Both the position numbers and the translations under genes were made by a program. The notes under the pieces are model-generated. The model searched no databases, was not told the origin of the DNA, and saw only the letters and a list, made by a program, of their open reading frames with translations. Of a stretch of DNA of 64,000 nucleotides, positions 1 through 21,174 are shown piece by piece (position 1 is the first letter of the stretch; each line of letters opens with the position of its first letter). This DNA comes from the human T2T-CHM13v2.0 reference genome, Homo sapiens. The stretch lies in the NCBI RefSeq assembly GCF_009914755.1, contig NC_060938.1. The stretch is one strand, 5' to 3'.

Positions 1-445
1 ATCACTTGAACCCAGGAGGTGGAGGTTGCAGTGAGCCAAGATCACACCACTGCACTCCAGCCTGGGCGACAGAGCGAGACTGTCCCCCCCTCAAAAAAAA
101 AAGCAAAAATTATGTTAATCCTTTCAGCTAGAGATTTTCTTTGGTGAGAAAACCCAGATTAGGAATTCAGAAAAATTAAGAAGAAAATCTAGGGGGCCAG
201 CTCTAGTCCCTTATTCCTTCTCTATGCCTATTTGAAAAAAAGGAAAAATAAACAACTTGGGTTTGGGGTTGATGGGGAGAAAATAGGAAGGGAGGGAAAT
301 AGTATTTCTGAAACAATGAGGGTTACTTGATAGGACTAATAGGATTTTTGTTTTGTTTTTGTCTTTACTAGTAGGACCTTGTAACCCAATCTTGCACAGA
401 TGCTTTGCATCTTCAAATGATGTGGCATCTGTGTCTGGGGTTTTA

Positions 446-664
<219 letters not shown>

Positions 665-1604
665 TTATTCTACCCTGCCCTTTAAAAAAGTATGGGGGTA
701 GAAAATATAGGACTTGGAATCAGGTAAGAATCCCAAGTTCCAATCCTAACTGTGCAGTTTTGCTGAGCCTTATATGCAAAAATGGTATAATGCTTAGCTT
801 ACAGGAATAATGTGCAGTTTTTGAGACAATATATTTGTGGGTTTTTTGTTTACTTTTTGTTTTTGCGAGATGGAGTCTTGCTCTGTTTCCCAGAGCTGGA
901 GTGCAATGGCACGATCTCGTCTCGGCTCACTGCAACCTCCACCTCCCAGGTTCAAGCGATTCTCCTGCCTCAGCCTCCTGAGTTGCTGGGACTACAGGCG
1001 CGTGCCATCATGCCCAGCTAGTTTTTGTATTTTTAGTAGAGATGGGGTTTCACCATGTTGGCCAGGCTGGTCTAGAACTCCTGACCTCAGGTGATCCACC
1101 CGCCTTGGCCTCCCAAAGTGTTGGGGCTACAGGTGTGAGCCACTGCACCCGGCCATGCCCGTCTAATTTTTGTATTTTTAGTAGAGACAGGTTTCACCAT
1201 GTTGGCCAGGCTGGTCTAGAACTCCTGACCTCAGGTGATCCATCTGCCTCAGCCTCCCAAAGTGTTGGGATTACAGATGTGAGCCACCTCATCTGGCCAA
1301 GACAATATATTTGAAGGTGCCAATAGGTACCATTTACTGAACACCTTTATGACAGGCGCTAAACATGTCATCTCATTAATTATCACCACAACCCTATAAT
1401 GTAGACTATCACCTGCATTTGATACATGAAAAAAATGGGCTCACAGAGTTTAAATACCTTACACGGGCTCACATAGCTATTGCATGCCAGAGCTGGAATT
1501 CAAACCCTGGTCTTTTTGACTCTAAAACTTGTCGTCCCAATAGGCATTTGATAAATGTTAGTTGAATATATGAATAACTTAAAACCCATCCTTTTTTTTT
1601 TTGA

Positions 1605-1763
<159 letters not shown>

Positions 1764-2112
1764 TAGTAGAGACAGGGTTTCTCCATTTTGGTCAGGCTGG
1801 TCTCAAACTCCCGACCTCAGGTGATCCTCCTGCCTCAGCCTCCCAAAGTGCTGGGATTACAGGCGTGAGTCATCACACCCGGCCAAAACCCATCCTGGTG
1901 GGGAGAAAAGATGCATGAACTACATAAGCTTGACTTTCAATCTAATTTAGGCCAGTTTTTCAGTTACCTACTTGGGTGAGTGGTGAATGTGCAGGTGAAC
2001 CAGTGCTTTTACTGCCATTAGGTAGCCTGGAAAGGCAGGGACATATTCAATGAGCAAAGATGTGAGAGTTGGCAGTATAAGGTCATGGTGGGAGCCAGAG
2101 GTTTAGTGCTTA

Positions 2113-2343
<231 letters not shown>

Positions 2344-2994
2344 TTACTATATTCTAGCATCCAGAAATAAATTGAGTTTTGCAAACAATACCTTCCCTTT
2401 TGGATGGTAATCACCATTAGAATTTTAGGGATAGGTCAGAATGGGACATTACCTCCAAAGGATTCCTAGAAGAGGGATGTTCCATCCCATCCTTGCCTGT
2501 TAGGATATTTGCCTATTTTGGGATGAAATATAGAACAAATAACATGGAAGACCTGCCTAGTCCCAGCAGGGTGATGGGGAAAGGAGGCACAATTATTTAT
2601 CTATGTCAAAAAGAGAAGCAATGCCAAAGATTCTAAAAAGAAACTAGGCAGATTAAGGGGCAGGGTTTTAGGTCTGTAGCAGTCTTGAAACTGATCTGAC
2701 TTTTGCAGAGCGTAATAGTTGAGATCTCCAAGGAAAGCAAGATGCATCCAGCACTGGATACCTACTTGGAACTTATCCTTAATTCTGTTGGCAGGGACTG
2801 TCTTGTCAGCCCTTTCTTTAACTTAAGTTTGACATATACCTAGACTCAGGATCTTTCACTAAAAATTGAAGAAAATTATCTTTCTCTTTTCAGACAAGGA
2901 ACTTCTGAAAAGCTAAGATCATTACCTCTCCTGCACTTCACCCCATTAGAGAGTTTCAGGGGATCATTTCTACTTGCATAGGCAAAGGTATTTA

Positions 2995-3510
<516 letters not shown>

Positions 3511-3822
3511 CTATAATTGAAAAATGACCTATCAATTCTGGTGACAAATGAGCTGGAGCCTAAAGTACCAACCTATATGCATAGTGAGTACATTAGCTGA
3601 ATTATCTGCTATTGATTTTCTCAGTCTACAGATCTGGGGCCATATGGCTTCTCTTGAACACTTCAAACAGATTTTTCCCTAATAATGGAATTATAACTCC
3701 ATTTATGGGAGTTGATCCTAAAGCCCATCAGCACCCAGGTAATGAGAAGCTAGTTAACTGAGGTGAGAACAGGATTCAGGGGTGTGCTCTAGAATCGAAG
3801 TCTGGGCTGGCTGGGAGCTAAA

Positions 3823-4351
<529 letters not shown>

Positions 4352-4376
4352 AAACAGTCCTGTTTGAAGTGGCTTA

Positions 4377-4730
<354 letters not shown>

Positions 4731-4930
4731 TCAGTACCTAACCCCCAACCCCCACTAATGCCCTCATGATAAAATCCGGGTTCTGTAGGCTGTCAATCCC
4801 ATTCAGCCTTATGCTCATGAGATAAGTTTTACTGGGTACAGAGCTCGATTGTCTTCTTTACTTGAATCCCTAATACATAGCTGTTCAGTAATTAGGTAAT
4901 GCAGGGCTTTCAGTTACACTGAATGACTGA

Positions 4931-5320
<390 letters not shown>

Positions 5321-5488
5321 TGATCTGCCCGCCTCGGCCTCCCAAAGTGCTGGGATTACAGGCATGAGCCACCGCGCCCGGCCTTAAATTATTTTTAGAG
5401 ATGGGGTCTTGCTATGTTGCCCAGGCTGGTCTTGAACTCCTGACCTCAAGTGATTCTCCTGCCTCAGCCTGAGTAGCTGGGATTATAG

Positions 5489-5884
<396 letters not shown>

Positions 5885-6510
5885 TAGTAGAGACAGGGTT
5901 TCACCATGTTAGTCAGGATGGTCTCGATCTCCTGACCTTGTGATCCACCCGCCTCGGCCTCCCAAAGTGCTGGGATTACAGGAGTGAGCCACTGCGCCCG
6001 GCCAATTTTTTTTTTTTTTTTTTTTAATTTTTAGTAGAGGCAAGGTCTTGCTATGTTGCCCAGGCTGGTCTCGAACTCCTGGGCTCAATTGATCCTCCTG
6101 CTTCAGAGTCTCAAAGTATTGGGATTACAGGCGTGTGCCACTGGGCTGGGCCTCCTGTGCAGTCTTATCCACCCTCTGTGAAACTTGGCCTTACTCCTCT
6201 AGCCACGCTGAGTATTCCATTTTTCTGCTCCAGCAGTTATGGTATACGCCATTTGTTCTAGTTTTTAATGATTTGGTATTTTTAATTAGGTGTTTGTATA
6301 TTTTGCATGTGGTCATCAGAATTGCGTCATACTTTTGAACACCCTCCAGCACCGAAACCATTGCCTCACACCTACTGGGCACTCAATGCTTCTTTCCCTA
6401 GCCACATTGTTAGTTTGTAGGGACTGTTAATTTTTTACAGTGGGACCTGGTCCAGGGTCCGTACAGAGGAGCTCAACAAATGCTGGGTGGCTGGATCCCA
6501 GGCCTCCTAA

Positions 6511-6711
<201 letters not shown>

Positions 6712-6852
6712 TAGCCAGGATGGTCTCGATCTCCTGACCTCGTGATCCGCCCACCCCGTCTTCCCAAAGTGTTGGGAGCCACCTTGCCCAGCCTGCCTCC
6801 TAAACACTTCTAAGAATTTAGAAGAGTGTCTCCTCATGTTGACTGGGTCTTA

Positions 6853-6972
<120 letters not shown>

Positions 6973-8016
6973 CTATAAATAGGTATGATCATTAGGTATC
7001 ATCACTTAATGAATGTTAATTTTGTGCTTGGCGTTGTGCTGTTTTTTCTTCTTTTTTTACTCATCACTGTACTAATGAGGATTGTCCTGAGTGTTTTTTC
7101 CCATCGCTTACTCTCCCAAAGAATCCAGTGGGGCAGATATTACTACCATTTACAGATGATAGAATGGAGGCTTTGATCAGCTTGTCCAAGGTTAACCTGG
7201 TGAGTGCTGGAACCAGGACTCAAACCCAACTCTCCCAAGCTCATCCTTTAAACTATGTAGTATCAGTGCCAACATAACTTGTACCTGGGAGACTTAAAAT
7301 TTGAAAGTGATACTTGATGAAGTGACTAGCTCATTGCAGTTTGCCTGGGACTCTCCTGGTTTTGGTCCTGAAAGTCCCATGGCCTGGACAAACCAGAACA
7401 GTTGGTCACTCTATAAGTGCACTTCTCTCAGAGAGGAATGGGCAAAGATTACTACACGATGATGTGTAAATGTGCCCACGCTGTTCTTCCTGCTAGAAGT
7501 ATCTCCCTTCTCTACTCCTACCTGGTACTTGATGTCTTTGTAGTCTTCCTTTAGGATTTACCTCAAAAGCATCTCCTTCCTATCTCTTTTATTAAAAATT
7601 TTAAAAAATAAAATAAAAACATCTCCTTAGTGAAGTCTTCTTTGCCCCTTGTAAGCACAGGAAATCCCCACAACACCTTATAGCTGCTTCTGTTCTAGCT
7701 ATTTGTAACATTTACTAACGGAAGACTTATCCCTGCACCCCCAGGGGTAGCATAGTGCCTAGTGCGTCGGATGTGGTCAGAAACTGCATGCTTACTGAAT
7801 GAGTGAAAAGACTCATAGACATACTGCCTTTCTTAGCTCCAGCAATCTGCCATGAAGTCCTCATCATCTTTACCTCAACCCCTGCTAGCTCTGCATGTCT
7901 TTTTACTTTCAGTTGTCAATTCTAAGTGACAAGTGCCAAGGAGGTGAAGGTACAAATGAATTGGAAGTTGTTAAAATGATATTGTTAAGATGCAGATTCT
8001 GATTGAGCTGGCTTAA

Positions 8017-8405
<389 letters not shown>

Positions 8406-9289
8406 TAGCCAGGATGGTCTCGATCTCCTGACCTCGTGATCCGCCCTCCTTGGCCTCCCAAAGTGCTGGGATTACAGGTGCGAGCCACTGTGCCCGGCCG
8501 ATTTTTGCATTTCTAATAATGCTCCTAGGTGACGCCTGTGCTGCTGGTCCAGGACTTTAGCAGCAGGGTGCTATAGCACTTGAGACAGAACTAACCCAAG
8601 TCCAAAACCTTTTCAGGTGATTACTGTACTGAGTGGCCAGATTTTGTGCTTCCCATATCAAAATGTCAGGGTTACAGAGTGGAGGTTGTTCACTTATCAT
8701 GGGAATGGCAATGTTCTGGGCTATTCTGGAGATATCCAAAGTTATAAGGAAAAGATGAAGTAGCACATAGGAAGAAGGGAAAGCTCCCATTTGGACAGCT
8801 GAAGATGATTGGGAAATAATGGCAAAAACGAAGTGTTGCCTGGAATTCCCTCTTTAGTTCTAGCTGAGCCCCACCATCTTCACCGACAGTTGGTTTGTTT
8901 TTTTTTTTAGATGGAGTCTCGCTCTGTCGCCCAGGCTGGAGTGCAGTGGCACGATCTTGGCTCACTGAAACCGCCGCCTCCCAGGTTTAAGCGATTCTCC
9001 TGCCTCAGCCTCCAAGTAGCTGGGATGACAGGTGTGTGCCACCATGCCCAGCTAATTAGAGATGGGGTTTTGCCATGATGACCAGGCTGGTTTCAACCTC
9101 CTGGTCTCAAGTGATCCACCCGCCTCAGCCTCCCAAGGTGCTGGGCTTACAGGCATGAGCCACCGTACCGGACCCCTTCACAGAACTTTAACCAATAAAT
9201 TTAACCCACACTAATCTCTCTCTCTCTGAAAAGTTTTAAAAGGGTACCTTATATTTATTGCTTGTTCTTGAATCATTTGTGTATATTAG

Positions 9290-9684
<395 letters not shown>

Positions 9685-9841
9685 TGAGAAGCAGCACAGA
9701 CACTCATTTAGATGGGTTTTTGGGTAGTCTAAGTCAGTGCTTCTCGAATGATCTTTGATGAAGAACCAATTTTGGCGGGGGGGAAATACGTCATTGACTG
9801 ATAAAGTCTGTTGATATTGAGGCAATATCAAATTACTATAA

Positions 9842-10084
<243 letters not shown>

Positions 10085-10380
10085 TGATCCGCCTGCCTTG
10101 GCCTCCCCAAGTGCTGGGATTACAGATGTGAGCCACCGCACCCGGCCTACTATAAACGTTTCTAAACTCCTGTCAGTTTTTGTGCTATTTCATTGTGGAT
10201 CAGTTACCAACAGTTTATGGACCACCAGTGCACTGAGAAGCATTGGCTTCCAGACAGACATATTAGCATTTGAAGATAATTCTGGGCTAGAAGTAAGAAG
10301 TAGTGATGTGGGAACAGAGATCTGTTTGGTAAGAATGGAATAATACATAGCAGCAAAAAGTAGAAGGCCTCTGTAGCTCA

Positions 10381-10665
<285 letters not shown>

Positions 10666-10726
10666 TCACAGCCAACTGACTCTGGGATCATAAATTGGGG
10701 AACAAAATACAAATTTAATAACTTAA

Positions 10727-11008
<282 letters not shown>

Positions 11009-11547
11009 TGACCTCAGGTGATCTGCCTGCCTCGGCCTCCCAAAGTGCTGGGATTACAGGCGTGAGCCACCGTGCCCGGCCTTCTGTCTTTAACTGTTTT
11101 TACCCCTAAAATGATTTTTATATGCCTCAAGCTTATGACTTTCACATTTCTATTGAAAGTAACTAAACACAAATATAGGCCTCTGCAGTTTTCAATGGTA
11201 AACTTCTAGCAGAAGCAAATTCTACATGTCAGAACTCTTCTTGCATATGCAAATAGAGACCATTTGCAACCTAATTCTCACTTTTCTCTCAGCTAACTAT
11301 TGTGACTTCCCTTTGTATACACCTCTACACCCAGGTTTACTCATGCTTATTCTACGTTTACTTATGCTTGAGATTGTCAACCCAACCGGCTGCATTTTAT
11401 CTAATTAATTAATTGTGTAATTAATTTTTTGAGGCAGGGTCTTGCTCTGTCGCTCAGGCTGGAGTACAGTGGTGTGATCTCAGCTCGCTGCAGCCCCAAC
11501 CTGCCAGGCTCAAGTGATCCTCCCACCTCAGCCTCTTGAGTAGCTAG

Positions 11548-11763
<216 letters not shown>

Positions 11764-12061
11764 TAGGCTGGAGTGTAGTGGCGTGATCTCAGCTCACTGC
11801 AACCTCCACCTCCCAGGCTGAAGTGATTTTCATGCCTCAGCCTCCCGAGTAGCTGGGACTACTCAGTGTGGTACCACTGCACCTGTCTAATTTTTTTATT
11901 TTTAGTAGAGATGAGGTTTCACCCATGTTGGCTAGTCTGGTCTCGAACTCCTGACCTCAAGTGATCCACCTGCCTCGGCCTCCCGAAGTGTTGGGATTAC
12001 AGGCATAAGCCACTGCCCCGGCCCCAGCTGCATTTCAGATTGCTTACATTCACTGACCTCA

Positions 12062-12298
<237 letters not shown>

Positions 12299-12730
12299 TC
12301 AGAATGGTGATGTGTTTTCCCCCTAGAGAACAGCCTTTGGATTGATACCCAAGGCTGCTACCCCACCTGATATCTCACTTCCTTGTGCCCCACTCAGTCT
12401 AGAAATACAATTTCTTATTTAAACCATATTGAGAAGAATCATATTGGCTGGGCGCGGTGGCTAACACCTGTAGTCCTCACATTTTGGGAGGCCAAGGTGG
12501 GCGGATCACCTAAGGTCAGGAGTTCAAGACCAGCCTGGCCAACATGGTAAAACCCCATCTCTACTAAAAATACAAAAATCAGCCAGGCGTGGTGGCATGC
12601 GCCTGTAATCCCAGCTACTTGGGAAGCCGAGGCAGGAGAATTGCTTGAACCCAGGAGGCGGAGGTTGCAGTGTGAGCTGAGATCCCACCATTGCACTCCA
12701 GCCTGGGCAACGAGAGTGAAACTCTGTCTC

Positions 12731-12761
<31 letters not shown>

Positions 12762-13287
12762 AGTCCAGCTACCACTTGGTGGCAGTGTACCTGTTTTGTT
12801 AAAGTACCTAGAAAGAGCAAATTTTCTTTTTTTCCTTTTTTTTAGAGACAGGGTCTTGCTCTGTCACCCAGGTTGGAGTACAGTGGCACCATTGTGGCTT
12901 ATTGCAGCTTCAACCCCCTGGGCTCAAGCTGACTCTGATAAGCATGTATATATAGGTCTGCCTCAGCCTCCTAGGTAGCTGGGTCTACAGGAGCACACCA
13001 CCGCACCTGGCTAATTTTAAAATTTTTTATAGAGATGGGGTCTTGTTATGTTGCCCAGGCTGGTTTAGAACTCCTATGCTCAGGTGATCCTGTCGCCTTG
13101 GCCTCCCAAAGTGCTGGGATTACAGGTGTGAGCGACAGTGTCTGGTCCTAATTTTCAAATGGTCTAACATAAATCTAAACCCAATACAGCAGACATTGCA
13201 GAGCATCACAGTGGAGAGGAAAGGACTGGGAAAGCTGATAGTGAGATGTCTATCCCATATTTCCAGGTCAGAAGTAACAGGGAGTTA

Positions 13288-13563
<276 letters not shown>

Positions 13564-13762
13564 TTAGTGCTATGTAATATAATTACAGTTTAGCTGAGCC
13601 CTTCAGATGGGCAGGATTTTCTGCTCAAGGTGTTAAAGCTCACCTGTGTGCTGGTATGCCAATTCCCAATCCTTTATCATCTGGCCTCTAAACAGCTATA
13701 TTTAAGCCGAAGAAGAATGTTTCCAGCTAGGCTACAGTGAACTACACCATTAGTTTTAGTGA

Positions 13763-14047
<285 letters not shown>

Positions 14048-14435
14048 TAGCCAGGATGGTCTCGATCTCCTGACCTTGTGATCCACCTGCCTCAGCCTCC
14101 CAAAGTGCTGGGATTACAGACGTGTGCCACCGCCCCCAGCTGAGCCTTTATATTTGTAAGAACAATTATATTTAGGTAGTGCTTTATAATATAGTGTTTT
14201 TACATTATCTCGTTATCTTTCAACCTTGGTTGAATTAGGCAAGGTAGGTATCATTGTAGAGCTCACTAGGGAGTCTTTTTTGGTTCAACTAAACAGTAAG
14301 GTTCATAAGACTGTCATGGGCCATGCATGGCACCAGAAGAATATGGGACAGGAGCATAGTTTGTCAACAGGGCAGCAGCATCAGGCATCCCTGTTGGCTG
14401 GAGTTTTTTTGTTTTTGTTTTTGTTTTTTTTTTGA

Positions 14436-14741
<306 letters not shown>

Positions 14742-15216
14742 TGAGCATTCCACAGAGTCTTGGGGACAGCACAGGAGCATGTTGTTTATTCACTGGGTGA
14801 ATTTATGCTTTACAGGAACTAATATCTCTTATAAAAACTCCATAGACACAATTCTAGGGTCCACAAAGGGCCTGCCTGTTATAAGTTACAGTATCCAGGG
14901 AGGCCCAAACTATGGTGTCCCTATCAAGTATTTATATTTCACTTATAGCTCTTCTCAGTCCCAATGTAATTTATCAAACAGGATTTATATCATAACCAAT
15001 GTTGCCTATAAAGATAGTTCTTATCAGGTGTTTAGGGGAACAGGTGGGCATTTAACTGAAGTTCAAATTCTCAAGTAGGAAGGGGAAAGGTTTGTTATCC
15101 CTTTGTCTACCACTAGTCTCATTTTATAGATAGGTAATTTGAAGCTCAGAGAGGTTAGCTGACTGCCCAAGGAGTGGCACAGCTAAGCCCGTGAATCATA
15201 TTTTAAGATTTTGTCA

Positions 15217-15633
<417 letters not shown>

Positions 15634-15972
15634 TTACTTGAGGCCAGGAGTTCAAGACTAGCCTGGTCAACATAGCAAGACACAGTCTCTACCAAAAACA
15701 AAAACAAAAAAGAATGGGATCTTCAAGGTGGGAAATGTTAACTTCTCTGCAGGCCACTGAGCAAACAAAAGGTGATGAAATGTAGTTCAAAAATTACTGG
15801 ACTAGAAGTCTGGAATTTTAATCTCGTCTCTATTGCTGATAAGCATGTATATATAGGCCAGTCTCTAAGTCTTGGTTTCCACATTTGTAAAATGATCTCA
15901 GATAAGCCCTGGGTCCCTACCAGTTCAGATGTTCCATGGCTTTATGAGTTGCTTATGTTCTCAAGCAGTTCA

Positions 15973-16230
<258 letters not shown>

Positions 16231-17708
16231 TCAAGCAAAACATTAGCTCAGAAGAATAAAGGGCCCAGAGATGGGGTCTTTAGGGAGTTATTTCTCTGAT
16301 GATCCATGTACCCTCACAAGTAAGTTCCCAGACAAAACTTCTCCCAACCCCATCGTATCTATCTCTCTTTCTTTAAATCACTTTTCGTTGTAACCATCTG
16401 GGAAATAAAAGTGACAATAAAACAAAGTAGTTAAGAGTACTTTGTTTTCAGACATACCTGGTTTGGGATCACAGTTATTAGCTGTGTGACTGTGGATAAG
16501 TTACTTAACCCTGAGCCTGAGATTTCTTATTTGTAATACAGGCATAATACTAGAACCCACATATTGAGTTATTCTTACTGTTAAATGAGTTAACTAGACA
16601 AAGTGTTTAGCAAAATGCCTGGCAAGATAATGAAGGTTCAATAAATGTTAACTATTGTGGTTTTCATTAGGTTCTTTGTCTTTGAGGGCACTTCCATTTG
16701 GCTTTCAACATCTTCCTCATTTTAGTTGCTAAATACTCTTTTGGCAGGTATCAGACTTTTATTTCAAAGCTCCTATTATCTGTAGGTGTTTCCTTCAGTC
16801 TTTTTTGTTATTGTTTATCTGATCCAGTTTACCTAATGGATTGCCTCTCTTTTTCCTGCACTAACTAAGCTTGTCTATCATGTTCTGAAAGCCAGCAGCT
16901 ATTGAGTTCTCAAATACCATAGCTTTCAACAGTCCTTGCCAGGCCATTACTTTGTCCCAGGCACTCAGACTTCTACTCTCCTATCTTTGAAGGCAAAGTA
17001 GGTATAGGATAGCCCCAACTCTACGAATGAATTTTGGAGAGGGGTTGCTGATACCATAGTCAACTATGACATGGACAATGGTTGGACAGCATATTTTGTT
17101 CTTCCCTTCATACATCATTTGCTGAGCATAAAGTTTGGAAAACAATAAGATAGGGTCGCCTGGGTGCAGTGGCTTATGCTTGTAATCCCAGCACTTTGGG
17201 AGGCCAAGGCGGGGAGATCACCTGAAGTCAGGAGTTCGAGACCAGCCTGGCCAACATGGTGAAACCGTGTCTCTACTAAAAACACAAAAATTAGCCAGAC
17301 ATCATGGCACATGCCTATAGTCCCAGCTACTTGGGAGGCTGAGGCAGGAGAATCGCTTGAACCTGGGAGGTAGAGGTTGCAGTGAGCCCAAATCAAGTGC
17401 CATGGCACTCCGGCCTGGGCAACAGAGTGAAATTCCATCTCAGAAAAAAAAAAAAGGGCTGGCGCGGTGGCCAAGGCGGGCAGATCACCTGAGGTCAGGA
17501 GTTTGAGACCACTCTGGCCAACATGGTGAAACCCCATCTCTACCAAAGATACAAAAAGTTAACCAAGTGTGGTGGCGGGTGCCTGTAATCCTAGCTACTC
17601 AGGAGGCTGAGGCAGGAGAATTACTTGAAACCAGGAAGCAGAGGTTGCAGTAAGCTGAGATCCCACCGTTGCACTCCAGCCAAGGCAACAAGAGCGAAAC
17701 TACGTCTC

Positions 17709-17745
<37 letters not shown>

Positions 17746-18010
17746 TCTCTGCCTCTGAAGAGTCTGCAGTGTAATAATGAGTTTCCACAAATTACTGAAG
17801 TAATACCCATCCATGCAAAAAGCACCCAGATATATGTTAACTGAAGTTCATCTAACACCCAATGTGTGAAAGGCTCTTGTCTAGCCTTAATGAGGCAACC
17901 AGATTTTTACATTTCACAAAGGAGGGATGGATTTTTCAAAGACTGAGAAAGCCTAGTCCCAGATGAGAACCACTTCTCACAAACGTACAGTATCACAGGA
18001 CCTCCCTTCA

Positions 18011-18247
<237 letters not shown>

Positions 18248-18865
18248 TCACCCCACTGCCTTAGGCCCTGCCACACAGTGGCCCCAGCTTGCATCCCATT
18301 CCTATTCCTGACTAATACCAAAGCAAAACAAAACCCTCAAGAGTGAATTTCCCCATGATTATATGGGGAACTGAGTACATGTACACAGGGAATTATGGAA
18401 AGTCCTGACTAGACATGGTAAGCCATGATGATGATGGGGGTGAGAGATTTGTGGGGGGAAATTGAGATATCTACAAACCTTTCTATAAGTTTAAAGGTTA
18501 TCTTTAGGAACCTAAATCTTTAGGAACATAAATATGTTTATATGTAACGAGATTTGCTCATAATATTTGATACGTTGCAATTTAGTGTCATTGGCCATTA
18601 TTTCTAAAGTATTAAGTTTTCCTTTTAATGTTTTTAATTTGGGGAGAATAATAGTGCTATAAGCTGTGAAATTTTAAAGATTTTAACATCTCTGAGTTTT
18701 TCCTCAAGACAACAGAAATTTGAGAACAGAAGAAGCCGTAAATATTAGATATAGTTAGAAAAGCTATAGTTGGCCGGGTACGGTGGCTTTTGCCTGTAAT
18801 CCCAGTACTTTGGGAGGCCGAGGCGAGCAGATCACGAGGTCAGGAGATCGAGACCATCCTGGCTA

Positions 18866-19051
<186 letters not shown>

Positions 19052-19318
19052 TCAAAAAAAAAAAACAAAAAAAAAACTATAGTTATATTTTCTGAACTTA
19101 ATGTTTTTCATGGTGTCAAATTTAGAAAGCCTCTTTCTCAGAAAAAAAGCTCTATGGAGAAGGGGAAGGGAAAAATGATAAAAACATTTCCAGATGTACT
19201 AAATTCATTATTCACACTGCCTATTAGTCTCATGTTCTAATCAGTCACTATCAGCCATTTCTGTTTTTTTCCAAGATTTCATTCTGACTCTTAACACCTT
19301 TAGATTTGCTCTGAATCA

Positions 19319-19519
<201 letters not shown>

Positions 19520-19522
19520 CTA

Positions 19523-19654
<132 letters not shown>

Positions 19655-20136
19655 TCAAAAAAAAAAAAAAAAAAAAAAAAAAGAGTCCTGTGAGACTCCA
19701 GGGCAGTTTAGCAAAGATGCCCATACAATGCATCTCCTCCAAATGGTCCCCACCAGCTTGGACGTGCTGGGGGACTCAGCCACTCTGCTGAGGCCTCCCT
19801 CCTTTCTGGGGTAGGGTGTGTGCAACTAGGAGCTGTGGAACCACCTCTGACAGGCCAGCTCACACTTTGCCATGTGACGCTCCCCGACTTCTCTCAGGCG
19901 ATTTGAAATCCCTCCTGAAGAGATGAGAAGTAGCTGAATTAACCCCATTTCTCCTATATCCCTCTGCTCAAGGAGTTAAAATGGATTTGCGGTGAGCAAG
20001 TCTTAGATCTCTGATATTTAACCTCATAGGAATAAAAAATACAACTGCCAACTTTTACTTTGGTTCCAGTCCTTTGGGTTATAGCTGGATAGAAACACAT
20101 CCACTAGCCATCTTCCACATCAACAGTCATCTAAAG

Positions 20137-20471
20137 CTGGGGTCCCTAACCCCCAGGCCATGGGCCTGTACCAGTTCATGGCCTGTTAGGAACCGGGCCA
20201 CCACAACAGGATGTGAGTGGTGGGTGGGCAAGCATTACCAGTGAGCTCTGCCTCCTGTCAGATCAGCAGTGGCATTAGAGTCACGTAGCATGAACCTTAC
20301 TGTGAACTGCACATGTGAGGGGTCTAGGCTGCGCACCCTTTATGATAATCTAATGCCTGATGATCTGAGGTGGAACCATTTCATCCTCAAACCATCCCCA
20401 CCCCGCTGGTCTGTGGAAAAATTATCTTCCACGAAACCGGTCCCTGGTGCCAAAAAGGTTGAGGACTGCCG
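20137..20471 (+). mobile_element. MER1B-like hAT-Charlie element with an 8-bp TSD, ATCTAAAG
   Basis: TSD at 20129-20136 and 20472-20479; degenerate terminal inverted repeats. Confidence 0.85.
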
Positions 20472-21174
20472 ATCTAAAGGGAGCACACAAAGTAATGACT
20501 CTTGGCAGGGTACAGTGGCTCATGCCTATAATCCCAGCACTTTGTTTGGGAGGCTAAGGTGGGAGGACCCCTTGTGGCCAGGAGTTCGAGACCAGTCTGG
20601 GCAACATAGTGAGACCCTATCTCTAAAAAAGTTAAAAATTAGCTGAGTGTAGGGTGCACACCTGTGGCCCTGATCCTCCTGCATCAGCCTCGCGAGTGGC
20701 TGGGACTCCAGGTGCGTGCCACCATGCCCAACTAAGTTTTGTATTTTTTTGTAGAGACGGGGTCTCACCTTGTTGCCTAGACTAGTCTGAAACTGCTAGG
20801 CTCAAGCGATCTGCCTGCCTCATCAAATTGTATGGTTTAACAGGATTAATTTTATAGTATGTAAATTCAAGCTCAATAAAGCTGTTATTGAAAAAGAATC
20901 CTCTGGCTGGGAGAGTGGCTCATGCCTGTAGTTCCAACACTTTGGGAGTCTGAAGAGGGTGCATCACTTGAGCCCAGAAGTTTGAGACCAGCCTGGGCAA
21001 CACAGCAAGACCTTGTCTTTACAAAAATTAGCTGGGTATAGTGGTGTGCACCTGTAGTTCCAGCTACTCGGGAGAGTGAGGTGGAAGGATTGCTTGAGCT
21101 CAGGAAGGTAAAGGCTGCAGTGAGCCATGATTGTACCACTGTGCTCAGCCTGGGAAACAGAGTGAGACCCTGTC

